From contig JAYWIR010000077.1 of NCBI GenBank assembly GCA_036172245.1, forward strand, positions 248,001-312,000: a stretch of 64,000 bases of DNA. The letters run 5' to 3'. How positions within the stretch are numbered: position 1 is the first letter of the stretch; every line of letters starts with the position of its first letter. This DNA comes from Raillietiella orientalis. Lineage: Eukaryota. The notes beneath the pieces were generated by a model, which saw nothing but the letters and a program-made list of their open reading frames with translations, had not been told where the DNA came from and did no database searches. This document shows positions 23,900-38,460 of the stretch, in pieces. The translations under genes were made by a program, and so were the position numbers.

Positions 23900-26800
23900 G
23901 AAGTTATCGACTTTTGAAGGATAGTATAGCGCGGGACTTTCAATAGCATGTTCGAAGCTAATCGATTGTTCGCTTTCAATAGAGGACAATCGATTCCGAC
24001 TCCCTTCTCGAGAACTGGTAGAGAATATGGAATCATGGGAAATGTATCAATGTATCCCATGTTTCAATAGAAGATCAGAATGAAGGAAGAGATAAGATGA
24101 CCCGAGTTTGTGCATTAGTTGGAATTTGATCTGCCTTCTCTTGAGAAAATTAGTGAAAGAGAGTCCAAAGAGCTGGTGGAGAAAGGTGATCATGGTTTCG
24201 TGAGCTTTAACGTTTCTTTTTCGATGCAGTTCCGTCTACTATCGTTCTTAATGGAAGGTGGAAATGCATAATAACTTTCTTCTAATATCAGGTTCTCACA
24301 TCAGGTCTTTTGGTCACTAATCACCAGTGTGGGGCGCTTTCGATTCTTAGCAGTGAGCTCCTGGTGTTTCAAGATCCCAAGAGTTTTAAGATTAGTGGAA
24401 TCATGGTCAATGAGGACTAGCTACTGATTCATTCTAGTAAATGTGATACTTTGCATAAATGGCCTTCACAAGTTCTCGCCATGGGAGCAAAGTCTCGGTC
24501 TCATGTGGTGCGACTCATTGATCTTCATCACTCCTGCTAATCCCAGGTTTCTCGGGTCTCTCTATCTAAATTCCATTCAAGAAGCATTCTCTTATTCTCT
24601 CACCGAATTGCACAGAGGTGAATCATTGATGGTTCCGCACCTCGCAGCAGGAAGATTTATCTGATAGGCTTCAAAATGCGCAAAAGAATGCATTTCTGAA
24701 AAACGATTTTTCAGTATTTCACGATGGATTTTTCAGATTTTTCACTATTTCATGGAGTAATCGCCACCATAATGGAGTAATCTCCAATCCCACTATTTCT
24801 TTGCCTATCACAGCCCCTGCTTGGTTGAAGAAGAGCTAATGTTCGATGTTCGAGTGTGGTGTTCCATGCTGGGGTGGAAGCTTTGTCGAATGGGATCATC
24901 ACCGTTATTCGAACCCACTACTTTGCTTCCGGCACCCGAAATTTCTTCACCATTCCCAGTTTGCTTGCTTGAATTTCAGCCGTGAGTGAGCTCAAAGGTA
25001 TCTCGTGTTCTGGGGTCTCGACCACACACAGGTCTGCGCTTCGTCTTTCGGAACATATCTGTATCTGTGTGTTCAGTAGACGTCCTGCTATCCTGGAAAC
25101 TGCACAACAGCGTCCTTCTACGAAGCTGGTTGGAGCTTTCCTTGAAATTTCCAGCTGTTAAAGATCGTCATCCTTGGAATCTTCGGGTTCCGATGATGAG
25201 ATACCCCTTACAATTCCTAACCGATAACACCAGTAAGCTGACAATAAGCGTGCGAACTGATGCTGGGGTTCTTGAGATTTCAAGGGAATGAGCATGATAT
25301 CAACATTTCTACCATGAATTGTTTGATGTCTACAATGTTTTCTGCAATGCCACATGGCGAATCGCTCGTCTTAGGTCAGGAATCGTAAGATCTCACTTGA
25401 TCCATCATTACGAAATCGCCTTAGCCATAAGTGCGCAAAGTAAGCTTTATCGAGAATGCTGAGAGGCGCAAGAGTGGAGAGAAGAAACCTGGATTTTTTA
25501 CATTATCGATCAAAGCTGAACAGGAATGGGATGCTGGATGTAGATTGATTTTTTGGATCCCACTTCTTTCTCAGAAAGCAGATCGCCCTTGACAGTCTAG
25601 TCTTTTAGTCTCAGCAGAACAGTTCCAAAGCCCTGTATGCAAATTATGTTTTTTTGGAACGATTCCTAAGTAAGAAACGAAAGCCTAGAGAACTGTGGAA
25701 CACGAAGAAAAGAAGAAACACATGAGTCCGGCTCCTTGAGCGTGCAGATTTGAACTGTCCTCGAATACAATTTTTCTGTAAAATTCCAGAACCTAATATG
25801 GGAATTGATTGTTTTCTTCTTCTTCTAGTCTTCACTATTCCTCATCTCAGTGCGGCTGAGCATCCAAAAGATAGAAAGACTTTACCACGTCGATCTCTTT
25901 AACCAATGATCCGAGTTTATCGACCTCTTCTATTTGGGATGAGATTGCACTGAAGACAGGTGAGTAGTGAGCCTGTCGCGAATCTTTCTCGCTCTGCGTG
26001 AACACAGCTCTCTTCCCTATCCAGAGCTCGTGCTGTGTGGGGACAACTGAGCTCTTATAACCGGTCCGCCGTTTGTTCAGTAGCAAGCGAAATAGATCAG
26101 TAGCCTCTTCCAGCAGCCAGCGTGAACTGGATAGGGAATGGGATAAGTCAAAGTATAAGTATCCCCCCCCCCCCTCTCCCTTCCTTGCCTCTGTCCTTGA
26201 GCATGCTGCCAGCTGAGCTACCATTTGTGCCTCGGAGGTGCTGACATCGAAGGTGGGCGTGCATCGAAGATGGATCGAAGGTGCCTCCCAGTATGTCATC
26301 AGCAAACTGGGAGGCAGACCCCCCTTGGGTATGTCACCTACTTTTTGTAGTGTTTTGCTTACGAGTGCACTTGGAGCAGCAGATAAAGAGTCATTTCGGC
26401 TGATGCAATTCTTTCCGATGACACCAAATGAGTGCTCTCATTTTGCAAAAATTAGAGCAAACTAGGCAGATTTTTAATTGAGTTTTCCAAATAGTGGGCT
26501 TTCAAATGGAAAGTTTATTGCAACACTTTCAGCTCCTGCATAGTGTTGGCATGCAGTTTTTGCATGTGATCTTGATGTTCCTTGATTTTACAATACCCAT
26601 TAAACCATGCAACCGCACTAATCCACACTGCTGGTTTGCTTCTTTAATTGCGATTCTAATATCCCGATGCTCTGGACTAGAGACTATTATCTGAGTCCTT
26701 GTTGCAAAATATGGAAATCTCCAATCAGATTCTCACAAAGACGAAGGAATCAGTTGGATAGAGTAGCTTTACCGGGATGTACAAAGTGCAAATCACGGAA

Positions 26801-26950
26801 ATCTCCGGTGAATTCCAATCTTAATGAATCCAAGTGAACATGCGATGCGCATCCTTGAAATCTAAAGCGGTGTCATCCCATCTATGAATATATGCGAAAG
26901 CAAGGACTCAGATAATAGAGCAGTTCATGCCTTCACACGTATCATCACTT
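23900..26950 (-). mobile_element. Heavily decayed LINE ORF2 (endonuclease to RT)
   Basis: Correctly ordered degenerate motifs: DAHRMFTW (APE), DLTIPDLRRAIR, RGISSSEPEDSK (cf. RPISLLNxDYK), PTSFVEGR, IRQS, LLHYGGD (cf. YADD). Confidence 0.45.
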
Positions 26951-29699
26951 CGCACATCACATTTTCAACTTTTGAGACTTGCGTATTGCGTGGCATCTAT
27001 GAACACTATTTATTCTAATTCATATTAGCGAAGATTGCATTTCTACTTTACCTTTTCGTGCTGAACCTCCCAAAGTGTCCGTTGAAAGTAAACAAGGCAC
27101 GAAATTGATCCAGATGGGGATAAAAGTAGATAAAGTAAATTCAAGGGATAAAGGTAGTGTCCTACAAAAAAGCTTCCTTTTTTCCGGTCTGAAAACGGAA
27201 CCTCTCTAAGTATATCCTAATCTATACAGTTTCAAATCATGGGAAAGTTCCCGGTTCATCTAAGAAACACAAAGAAAATTCTGCAAAGTACTTCATGATT
27301 GAAAAAGCCACAATAGAATTTATTTTTGCGGTGGAGTCCTGTTATCTTAGATGCAATGGGAATACGATCTGGACATTTCTCAAATGTATTGAACGTATAT
27401 AACGGTTCTTCTTTTTTTTTTTTTGTATGCAATAGCTTATGCATTCGAAAAATCTCATCTCAAGAGAGTCTTTGAGGACTGAAGTCTGCAAGATGCTGTA
27501 GTTGTAGCATTACGCAGCGTGAGAAAAAGACCACTGGATGCCCTCCATCTTCACGCTGCTGTACGTAATCGATGGGATGGACTAAAAAATCAGATCTCTT
27601 CCAAGTTAACAAAAAGGAGTAAACATCTTCCTCGATTGTCTTCTCCTTGATAAATTTTTTTTTTTTTCACAAAAAAGGATGTGTTTTCTCATTAAATTAG
27701 GGATTGAATCTTTGATAAAAATAAACCTATCTTATCTGATAATAAACAGGCATGAGACGCGATTTGGAAAAGGGAAAGTGAACCACGTTTCCTCCTTATT
27801 CATAGATCTTCTATTATTATTGGAATATGGAATGTGTATTGAATTGCTACGTTCTGATTCTTCAAGATCCTCATGCTTTTGAAAACTTTGAAAAACAGTA
27901 AAAGCGTCCCGGAAACAAAATGTGTTTCCATTAAGATCTGTGTCGAAAATCTTCGAATAAGAAAATTTGAAGCCCTTGGCCATCGAAACAGTAGAAGAAA
28001 CACCAAGATTTATCAGGAAAATTAATGTGTTTACATTCAGCTTTGGACTTACTTTTTGAGTCATTCTCTATCCTGCTTAAATTTTGAAACCATGTTTTCA
28101 TCAGAATGGCTACTGCATACACTCATAACTGCCATATACTTTTCCATTTCCTAATTCTAATTCTACTCTACTAAATTCTGTTGCTATCCATCTATTATTC
28201 ATCACCAATGTCGAATGGTGTAATGGGTAGATACAATAATTAAGAAACAAATGATAATAGAAACTGTGATTCAAATTAGAAAGGACAAGGGATGAAACAA
28301 GAATATTTCGAAACCCTCTATTTTCTTACCACAAGAAAATCTTTACCCAACCTCGAATACAACTGTGACCATGGTCATGCTCATAGTTACAATTGAGCCT
28401 TGGTAAGATTTAAATAGTGGAGCGATCTTCCATAGAAGATATAATTCCTTAGAGTTAACTCAGTTCCCCACATCTATCCATCTTTTAAGAATACATACAG
28501 AGGATCTCCCGCTATTGGAGCTTTCGGTTGCAAAATCCATTTTATTCATACATAACCAATTTTCAAAGTCATGATTTCTTAAACTTTCAATGTCACTCGT
28601 ATCATTCGGATAAATCCATATCAGTTCTTATCAGTTTTCTGGAATCTCAAATGCCCTGGGACTAACGGCAAAAAGTATCATTGCAACATTTCTTCATCAC
28701 TTCTAAAACCTTAGTGAGAAGATAAGGTGAAAACTGCTCCCCCCCACTTTCTTCACGTGAAGTCACCTATTTATCATAGGGAGATCGCGGGCACAATATA
28801 AGTAAGGCTTTCTATACATTAGCATCGGACTAGTTGGAATCCATCTGTGCCGCATTCCTTGACACATTGCATGACTCTCCCGGCACCTCGGGATCCGTTA
28901 AAATGGCTTGCATCGGAGAATCGGGAATATGAGAGTAATTGTGGTTATAGGTGCTTTTTTTATAACTGTTCTCATAACTGCTGCTTTGTTAAGCCATTTC
29001 TTCCTGAAACAAAAAGAAAACCATCCATCCGTCATTGCTAATTCATCGACCTCACTGCATAAGGACTTCGACGTTAACACAACGAATTCAATATCTGGGA
29101 GGCATCCTTTAAACCCATTGCGAATTCGTTGAAGGATTCGTGTGCTCGTGTTTAACGAACGAGGGGGATCATTGCAGTTGGGTGTACATCCCACTCGAGA
29201 GCTCCATCATGGCCAGAAAAGCAGGTAAGCCTATTGAAGTAGTGAGGATTTTGAGGAACAAGGAGAGGATCTGTGATTTCAGCAACATTTCTTCTCGTCT
29301 GAAATGACGCATAAATATGTTGGAACAGTTAGGGTTTCACGGTTTAGGAATGCCGTACGTGTGAATATTGAGCACTGAGCTTTACAAATCAAGCATGATG
29401 CCTAAAAGTTCGACAGTCAGACAAGTGCAACCCAGAAACGAACGGAAACCCAGAATCCTCCATACCTGAAGAGGAAGGATGCGCTAAATTTTTAACGAAC
29501 TGATATGAAGCAACGAGCCATTTTGCATTTTTTCAGTGATCTGTAATTTTATGGAAAGATGAACCAAGTTTTCAGAAAAGTTTCTCTGAATAAAATCAGG
29601 TTGTCCAAGCAAGAGGTTCCGTAGTAAACGTCAGTGTTTCCCCTACAGATCTCGCCTTCTTGTCCAATTCATTACCTAGTTTACTTGTGATGTCCTTGA

Positions 29700-30480
29700 T
29701 TCATGCTCCCATCAAGCCATTCATCGTCCGCTATCTTAATGAGAGTGATGCTTTTATCTGTAAGGGTAGCGCTCATGTTGGGAAATAGTTTATCTTTGCA
29801 TGGACTGTCCCGACCTAGAGGAAACCGTGCCAAGAAAAATCCTCTTGAAACACACTTGAAACACCTGCTTCGGCGGTACGTACACTAAAATGGAAACACA
29901 CTGCAGAATTCTCAAAAGGGTGTTTGCAGCCTTCTTTTACTTAATTTGCTACACACGGATTCAACCGGGAGTTTTGACAAATTGGATTTCCCTTGTTAGG
30001 CTTTGATTCATGTAGTCAGCATGTCAGCATGTCTTGCGAATTCACATCTCTGCGTCCTTCATAAAGCAAAGATAAAATGAGGAATTCAGTAAGAATATAT
30101 TCTTGTGCATCTGCCTGCGAGGGGATGGCACCCCAAATTGCATACGTGCTTATAAAAGAAGATTCGATTTCTTTGCTCTGATGCTAACGATCGCTCCTAT
30201 CAGTTTCTCGTTTCTGCTTACGGTCCTCAAACAAGATGCAGGGTTCCACTTGTTTGGTCAAACTCATCTCAAGCCCTTGCTTCAAAGGGAAACCTCCATC
30301 TTTTCGTTTCATGTGAAGACACACCTTCTTTCTCACTTTCGGAAGGATGGTTCTGATCCATTCCATTGAGCTTCGTACTTAGCAAGATCATTTCCCTCCG
30401 TCGTTCTTACACTGCCTGAAGAGTTGATACGAACGGTGCAGATGGGCAACGGTAGCATAGCGACATAGGTGAAGCTTTAG
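29700..30480 (-). mobile_element. Possible LINE RT remnant
   Basis: WIRTI...GGFPLKQG, then HAD and DFLG in expected order. Weak. Confidence 0.2.
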
Positions 30481-30849
30481 AGCATTACCCGTTTTCATTC
30501 CGAGCTTCTCAGTCTTGTTTTGCATATAAATAATAACTATTGCGAAGAGTAAGTGGGGGCATTTTTAATGCAGAAATTTAGAACATAGGAATATTGCTTC
30601 TTATTGGACTGTTGATTTGTGTGTAATAGGCACAACATGGAGTTATCTCACATTTTATCTTTTTCAGGAGTCATCAGAGCACCCTTATTTCTCAAAATTT
30701 TGCCGTAAAATGCTAACAGTGTCGTTACTTCGAATTTTTCTGAATAGACGGGAGGTGGGCTAGTTTATAAAACAACGAACTGAATGCACCGTCTTACCAC
30801 TTTCGTTCCTTTTTATAGTTCGCATAATATCAGGGTCGCGTTGTTGGTC

Positions 30850-32665
30850 AGGGCCCCTACTCACAGCAGCTTCTCCACACACCCTTCGTTCATGCAAGAT
30901 CAGTTATCCTGGAAGAAGTCCTTCCGCAGCTGATAAAACCGCAGCTCCTTATCAAGCCAGCCGCTAAATTTCCGTAGCCGCTACAGTCTTTCCTTTCAGG
31001 ATATTCGACCTTCTTATCACGATACTCGTGACGAAGTAGGCGAAGGTGCTCCGTACCATGAGACTGTATAAGGAAATATGATCCCTCTCATTCAAATAGT
31101 CCACTCAAGATCTCTGTTATGATCTCCTCCTCATGTCCATCACCTGTCTCACTACTCTCCAATCTTTGATTAACGTTCTGGAAGTGAACATGGAATAGTT
31201 CCCCTTCCAGCGTACGCCATGCAGATGTCCGCTTGAAAGTTCCCTGACCGGTAATACAATCGCATGCCAGGCAGGAGACCTCCGTTATGAAAAATCAGGT
31301 TATCCTGAATTTCCAGTGTCAGGTCGGAACTCCAGATTGTCATGCAAATCAATCTCTCTTATAGTGCACTGCGCTATATGGGTGGACTGCCACGGCTAGA
31401 ATCTCCTCTCTAGTGCTACTTCTCTGGAAATAATTCTCTGCAAATATAAATGTTCGCTCTCATCAGGGTCCATTCACTTCTGAGATACCATCATAGTCCC
31501 TCATCTTGTGGATTATGTAACTGAGGTGGATCGCATGTTCCAAGCCTGAATTCTGTTTGTATAGGGAAATGTCGCATCTAGCAGATTTCTTCTCTTCACT
31601 CATTGCAAACTTCTCACACTCTCTGAATGTTGTGTCCAGCTTTCAGTGGACTTACCTCCCTGCTGCTCAGGGAGGAAAGAGAAGATTATTGGAGCTTGTG
31701 TTTCACGTCAAAGTTTCTTGCTGCAGGAAACCACTTTAAGGTTCTTTAAGGTTCTTCAGGTCCGTGTTTATCCACTGACCCTTTATTCTCCCTAAGGATA
31801 TCATGAAGCCTCTCGAACATCTGAATAGCTTCCACTAGGCTCTGAGAACAGCACAGTGCCAACCGTCTCAGTTGGTTGTGTCGTGCAGAAGTTGATGAGC
31901 GCTCAGGATTTAAATCGCATTCTCCATCGGTTCCATTCCACTATCAACTTCCTCCAGTTGGCTTAGATGTTTGAGCAGAGTTCTCAGGTTATATTCTCCC
32001 CGAGAAAGTTCTCCCTGAATATTCGGCAAAGATTTCAGTTTTCTGCTGTATTCGGTAGAAAGCTGCTCTGAGGAGAATCTTGGAAAGCAAGGTGCTGTGT
32101 CATCAAAGTTGATTTTTTTATCCAAGGATAAGGTCAACCGACCGCACTCCGTTGCTTTTTTTGTAGTCTCCCCTCGGATTTGCGTTCAGCATGCTAATAG
32201 TGCCGAGTAGTGTGCTTATTCTGATGTGGATCCCAGATATTTCATCGTCATCCACTTGGAATTCCTGAGCCTTCAAAACAGTGATGTCTGAGATGCCCAA
32301 TGCTCGAAAGTTTGAATCTGGAAGCAAGTCCAGACCGTTCTTCACCGACCTAGCAATATCCAAGAATCCACATTGGTCCGTCTCGCCGTTCACAGAGAAC
32401 AGGTAGGCGGCGTGATTCTTCCTCCATCCGTTTCTAATCCTGCTGGGCGGCCTCCCTGATGGGTCATTGAAGACAATGCTCTATGTGAAGTACGAATAGC
32501 ATCGGATTCCAAGTGCCTCATTTCCGGATGCCTCTCTCGATCTGAGTGCTATTCGACTCCCACCCGATGGGAATGTGGAAGTGCGCTTCCTTGAAGACAG
32601 GCTCCAGATGATTGTGGAATTGGCTTGGGAGGTCCAGCTTCACTAGCAGCACCTTGTCGTCCACG
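30850..32665 (-). mobile_element. Decayed LINE ORF2 3' half (RT to zinc finger), distinct family
   Basis: VLLVKLDL, IERGIRK*GTWNPMLFVLHIE, MKYLG, LTLSLDKKIN, KPTGG and IWSSDLTLEIQD..HNGGLLPGMRL (zf-RVT-like), in order. Confidence 0.55.
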
Positions 32666-32699
32666 GTGTCAAACTTCATAGCTGGGAATCCCAGAACTA

Positions 32700-35600
32700 G
32701 ACCGTTGCAAATGAGCTATTCGAGCCAACGGTTGCTTGAACACACTTGCGTTGTCAGGAGAAATCACGGTTGCCACGATAGTTCCTAGGCTGTTGACACG
32801 CTCCCGAGCTCCCTTCCAGTGAAACGCCGAGAAGCGACGACAGTGGGAATGATTATCTCTCCGAGGCGCACTGATCCTGTCAGCACCCTTCAACAGGGTA
32901 GGAACTTGCGGTTGCCGCAGAAGACGCGATGACGTACACCCCTTCTGAGGCATGACAAGCCAACGTACAGCGCTACGTTGACAAAGAACGTCCGATAAGC
33001 ATAGGTTACAAAATCCGAGGCATAAACAGAGGCTGTTCTGCAAAGGATGACTCCCGCTATTTGTTCATGAAGAGGCATCCGAAAGCTCTAAAGCAGCATG
33101 GACCGAAGACATCCAAGAAGGTTAGGATCCCTACTAAACACGCGTGCGTGACCTCTGGGTCAGCAGACATCATCCTGAGTTCTCTGATGAGCAGAAAAGT
33201 GAGGAGTAACAAGGGAAAAGGGAACGCTGCGTCTCGCGAGTCCGGGAAACTCTACCACCGAAAGGTCGAGGCGGGAAACTGCCTTATTTTCCCAGTCCTC
33301 AAGCAGGGAATTGCTTCCTCTCGTCCCTTGAGTATAGCCTCGTACCTTCCAGGAGTTCCATCTTCACTTTCCCATCCACCAGCTGCTTGAAGAGTTTGGA
33401 GAAGTACCAAAGCATCCTCTTCCTTCAGGTAAACTCCTTTTGCCGGAGCGCGAACACTGATGGAATACCGAGCCAGGGCAGTGAGGCAAACGTGGTATTC
33501 TGGAGTATTCTGCATGCTGGACGAGCAAAGTCACGAGCTAGTGGCCACGACAGATATACGCCATCACATAAGGACATTTTACTCCTTGTATAAGCAGAAA
33601 CTAAGGAAGAGAACTTTCGGCAAAAATCTCTCAGCAGTTCCTACCGGAAGTCGGTCCCGCAATACAGGAGAAGCAACGTGCGTTCCTCGACAAGCCTTTC
33701 TCAAAGACAGAAATTTTAGATGCCATTGCAAAGCTCAAGAGGCGAAGGGAACCAGTGAAAGACGGTCTGCCAAGCTTTATGATTACTTCGCTGCAGAAGT
33801 GAGTCCCCTGGTACTGCAGCTGACAAGTCACTCAGAGAAACGGACTACGTTCCTGCATCCTTCCTCTCGACAAGAGTTCCTTCGCTCTGAAAAGAGATTT
33901 CCTCAGTCTAAGCAACTAATGTCCGATCACAGTTGTGAATTTGAACATCAAGCTGATCTCGACATTGTGGTCTGGGCGACTGAGCGGATGGCAGACTCTG
34001 AGATTAGCCTGGAACACACTTATGTCCAGGTGAAGGTATAAGACGGACGTCCTCCTGAGGAAATGGAGAGCAACCTACGCGCAGATCTGGTCAGGCTGCA
34101 GAGTTGTGTTACGCTCGATACCGCAATCCAAAGCTGAGAGCATTGGAGGTAGCAGGCTTTCGAATTCGTGAACCAGGAACTCCTTGGAACTCCTGGTTTG
34201 TCTTGACTTCCCGAATCCCTTGCTGGCTTACCTGCGCTCCACTTCCATGCAATTATGAGTATCCATTTTGGCGGTAGTCAAGTGTACGACGTACCTGTGC
34301 GACGGGGATCCGACAGGAAGACAGCCTCAGCCCATTATTCTGCAGAGCTTACTTCCAGTTAGCGCTCAGCGGGTTCTGGGAAACTGCGGACACCCTACCG
34401 TGCTCATGCCCCTGTACGCCTTCCGTAATGGCTTACGCGAACGACCTCTTTCTGCTTTCCATGTCTACCCGGTGGCATCGCTCGAGACATTCTTCGAGCT
34501 GCTACTCAAAGAAGCGGGCATGAGAGTGAACAGGATGAAGTCGAATGCTGTTGCTATCGGTGCTGCGTGGTTAGAGCAGCCGGACTGGTTAGCTTAGAAA
34601 TGGTCGTGGGGGGCGCCATGAAGTACTTTGATATGCCCTTAGACTTATATCCCTCAGAAATTTGGCCCGGTAGCCTCCAGAAAACAGAAATGGAGCTGGT
34701 TTCGTCCTGAGATGACGAGTTTTGCTTGTCGGAACGGGTCACATTTGTAGTCTTCGTTGCCACCCTTTTCGCTCCCCCTTTTTTTTTTGTTTCACTCCTG
34801 CCATGCGAGACAAGGCTTAAGACAGGAGGCCTCCTGAGGAAAGCACTATGAGGGTCCTCAAGGCCGAGGGCTCGCCTCAAAAACCTCGTCGCGCCATAAA
34901 GGGATCCGGACTTGACATCTTGATTTTAAAGAGGTTGAAGCTACAGCTCCAATTTAGGATGATGCCCTTGATGGCCGAGAACTGGATGCGGCATCGGTGC
35001 CTCTGCCTGCAAGCGAAATTCTGAGGCGCGAGGCAGAGTACTCCATGGGTTGAAAGAGTGGTGTCGTGGCTACTTTGCAATCGAGACAGCACGAAGGAGC
35101 TTGGATTCCCACTGAAGCAGATTGATTTCCTGTGAGAAGAACATCAGTGGATCTCTTGCCTCCAAGCAAACTACAACGCTTGGTAGAAGAAAGTAATGAG
35201 CACCGAGATCCGCATCACGCGCACTGACACATCAACGCTGAGTCCCATCCATAACCTGGGAAGAGTCTCCGTGGAGGAAGTGGAAAGGGACCGGAAGACA
35301 TGGACCCTAGTCACTGCCACTTCCCTAGCCACAGCTTTACGGAAGAGTAACGATAGTTATCAATCCACAGGATGGGTGGTTTCGTGTTACGTAGCAGGAG
35401 CGATGAAGTTAGCGAGCCAGTGGAAGACATGTGAGTTGCTGTCCTTTAGCGCGAGCACTGACTCGCTCTAAAGGACAGCCAACTCACCTGACTGCTGCTT
35501 TGAACAGAATACTTGGAGGGTCCGAGGCAGGGAACTATGATCCCCGTCCACTATTTCTACATCCCTGTGCTCCTCAGATGGCAACAAGAGACTTTGCTAT

Positions 35601-36150
35601 TTGTGCACTAGAACCTCCTGTGGTCGATGAGGGATAGCATCTCACCGAACTATGACAGCTGCGGGCAAATGGAAACATTCACGTACCTGCTGTTAAAATG
35701 CAATGAACTTCGGAGCGTGAGGAAACGCCTTTGAGGCTATCCTACTTCGTCCCGCAGACACTCCGAAAGAGCTGCTGCAATGCTCCTTTAGGCGGGCTGC
35801 ACTTTCGCCTGCTTCTTGATTGCGATCTTATATTGCATCAGGAGGATCGCGGCGTTTTGTAGCATGCAGGAGACGCGCCAACAAGGAAAAAAGACCATGC
35901 GTGCCAACGCTGCAATCGTGAAGGATGCAGCAAAATAGCCCTTTCGGAGTACATGTATAGTACAGTTAAGGAGGACATGTATATCAAGTAGGTTTCAGAA
36001 GATGCAGCAAATGTAACCGGTGACTCTTGTCCCTTCCTCCCCTTGTATTTACTTATTTATTGTCCCTTCCCCTACACTCTTCATGCCCTTTTGTTTGCCC
36101 GGCCCATGGGTAGGTTGTTTTTTTCCCCCCTCTCTCTCTCTCTCTCCTAC
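32700..36150 (+). mobile_element. Decayed near-complete LINE ORF2 plus 3' UTR, related to the 5261-8080 family
   Basis: LYDYFAAEVSPLVLQL (cf. FAAELVPLVLEL at about 7770), AFEFVNQELL, VRRG(I)RQEDSLSPLF and DSCGQMETFTYLLLKC. Pyrimidine-rich tail at 36030-36150 resembles that of 3350-4880. Confidence 0.7.
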
Positions 36151-37149
36151 CCTTAACATTTTCATAGACTAATGGATTTACCAATTCACCTTGTCTGTCC
36201 CGGCACAACCGGGTGAAAATGGTGTCGGCATGAGTTGCATGGGACGGTCCAATGCAGAGACCTTTCACTTCAGGGAAAGTGCGGATCACAGTGGGAATAC
36301 CGAGGTTTCCCAGTAGCTCCGAGTAGATCAGTCTAGAGGAAAAGTCCTTTGGGGTAGGCAGCAGGTGTTGAAGTCTTAGCAAGTTGGCGCACCGTCCAAC
36401 ACCTTCCGAAAGCAACTGCTCCGAGAAGTCACGCTAGACGGGTGCCTTTGCATACAGCGGGTTGCGTACGATTTTCTTCACTTCTGCTGAAGCCGAACGT
36501 CCTAGGCTTTGTTGTACAGCAAACGTGGTACCTCGGATTTCCATGTCTCTCGTTCGTTCCTGACCTTGCATTTGGCCAGCCTGGGAATTTGGAAAGAGGT
36601 GAAATAACGATGCTCTGAGAAAACGGTAATTCTAGACGCACGAGTCTCATGAGAATGTCTAGCTTGCAAGATCCATCTTTTAAATGGATGGATTTGCGAC
36701 TTCTTTTGGAAAAGGTTCCATCATTTTATGGGTAAGATAGGGGACTTTTCAGCTTTACTTTAGAGGATGAGTTGAATTATGTTTGTTACATACTTGGATA
36801 AATCCTATAGACAGCTGGTACGCTATTACTCTGATGAAGGTCAGGCTTGACGCCTGGAAGTGCACTAGATGCAAGAAAGTTAAGCGATAAACATTGGCCC
36901 CCTGCTTGTTCCAAAGATAATTGGTTGTTGACGTAGAAGTCTGTTTGTAGCTCCTGAAGTCTCTCAGCACTGGATCACATGCATGCTGCAGGAGTATGGT
37001 TAATGAGCCTTCAGTGTCAAAGGTATTTATAATTCTGGCTGGAGTGACATAGATGTTAGGCATTTAACTTTGTTTCTGTGTTTCCTTCTGTACAGAAAAA
37101 GTAATTTTGGATTTTACATCCTGACCATCATCATAGTTAGAACTATTGA

Positions 37150-38460
37150 TTTGTTCTCTCTTCTCACAGGAGCAGGTCTTCAGCTGCTAAAGATTTGCCC
37201 TCATCTTTTGTACTCTACACAAAGTCTACTGACTCCTGTTCTATTGGCCCATTAATTAACCCGGAATGAGCATATAAAGATATGGGAAAGCAGAGGTGAT
37301 CTGCATGAAAACATGAGCAGGTGAAGCTGATTCCGGATTAGTGGTATCCCTTCTGTCTAATATGATTTCTTGTTACTCGCAAACTACTTCCACAGCCATT
37401 TTTTCAGTGTTGGAAACTTCAGGAATTTCTGACCCCGTTGTAGGCAATTTCTGACCCCGTCGGATTTCCATGAAACCCTGTCACCATGGTGGGATATCTT
37501 ATAATGTTGGACGCCTTTTTTGTCTAATTAGGTCCCTCATTACACTAGAGAATCTGTCACTAATTCCCCGGTCCTTACGTGTCCATGGTCGGATGTCTAT
37601 AGTTTTTCTTGCCATCTGATGATGTGAATTCAAATTCTCACCTATGCTCATCAGAATTTCGTAAGGAATTGATGGTCCTGTCTTGAAGTTTCCCATCATT
37701 CCACATAATCACGTAATCATTCCGGCTACTCATCCCTTATTGATTCCATGCCTTTGAGAAGGACAAGGAAAGTTTGGTGAGGTTGCTGTCCAACCTCTGT
37801 TAGCATAGCAGATTGACTGACCACTCCTCTGAGCAGTTGACAGGTTCTCGAGCTGAATCCACTGATGTAGGATCACTCTTTAGGATGCGTAGCTAGCCTC
37901 TAATGTACTAAACCAAGAATAAATTGATCTAATCTTTTGTGGCGGCTCAAGCTACGTTTTAGAGTCTGAGAAATTCTGCATGCTCGACAAGCTTCCAAGG
38001 TTCTGAGGGCAAAGAGTTAGTAGTGCACCTTGCTATCCATAACTTGTCAGCCTTGAGAAACATTCTGAGCAGAAATCATTTGCCAGCAGAAGGAACAATG
38101 AATTCCTCCTGTCAGGTGTGGAGTAAGGCAACATCAGCCAATGCCATCTCAAAAAATTTATTCTTGCCCTGCATGAGATTCAAGAGATCGGTGCATACAT
38201 GTTCGATCCAGAACCTTGAAGTTGACCAATGCAACTATCCTGGGCTCCTGGACTCACAATGTGGCTCCAGGATGCTTCTACACATGGACTTTCTATCACC
38301 TGCACAGAAACCTTTCATCTCCTCCAGAGATCGATATGGAAGCTTTTCAGTACCCACATCCATCCACATTTGCCATTCATCAGACCATTTTCATTCCATG
38401 CAATAATGCATGCGGAAGTTATTCCTAGCATCATTCCCAGGAAGGATGTAAGGAGTCATT
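37150..38460 (-). mobile_element. Probable heavily decayed Ty3/gypsy-like pol (RT-RNase H-integrase) remnant
   Basis: Ordered fragments SHIVSPG, PRIVALVNF, ECFSRL, ASYAS, IQLENL, IPYEIL..ENLNSHHQMARKT (integrase zinc-binding-like) and QITS. No LTRs seen. Confidence 0.4.

Noticed and set aside
31910..32393. Leucine-rich-repeat protein (LDLLPDSNFRAL.., LKSLPNI..)
   Set aside because: Other frames of the same DNA give ordered LINE RT motifs (RGIR, MKYLG, LSLDKKI), which explain it better.
37424..37462. Short direct repeat AATTTCTGACCCCGT x2; also the poly-T at 19446-19471 and a small duplication at 46290-46335
   Set aside because: Ordinary local duplications or homopolymers, not arrays.
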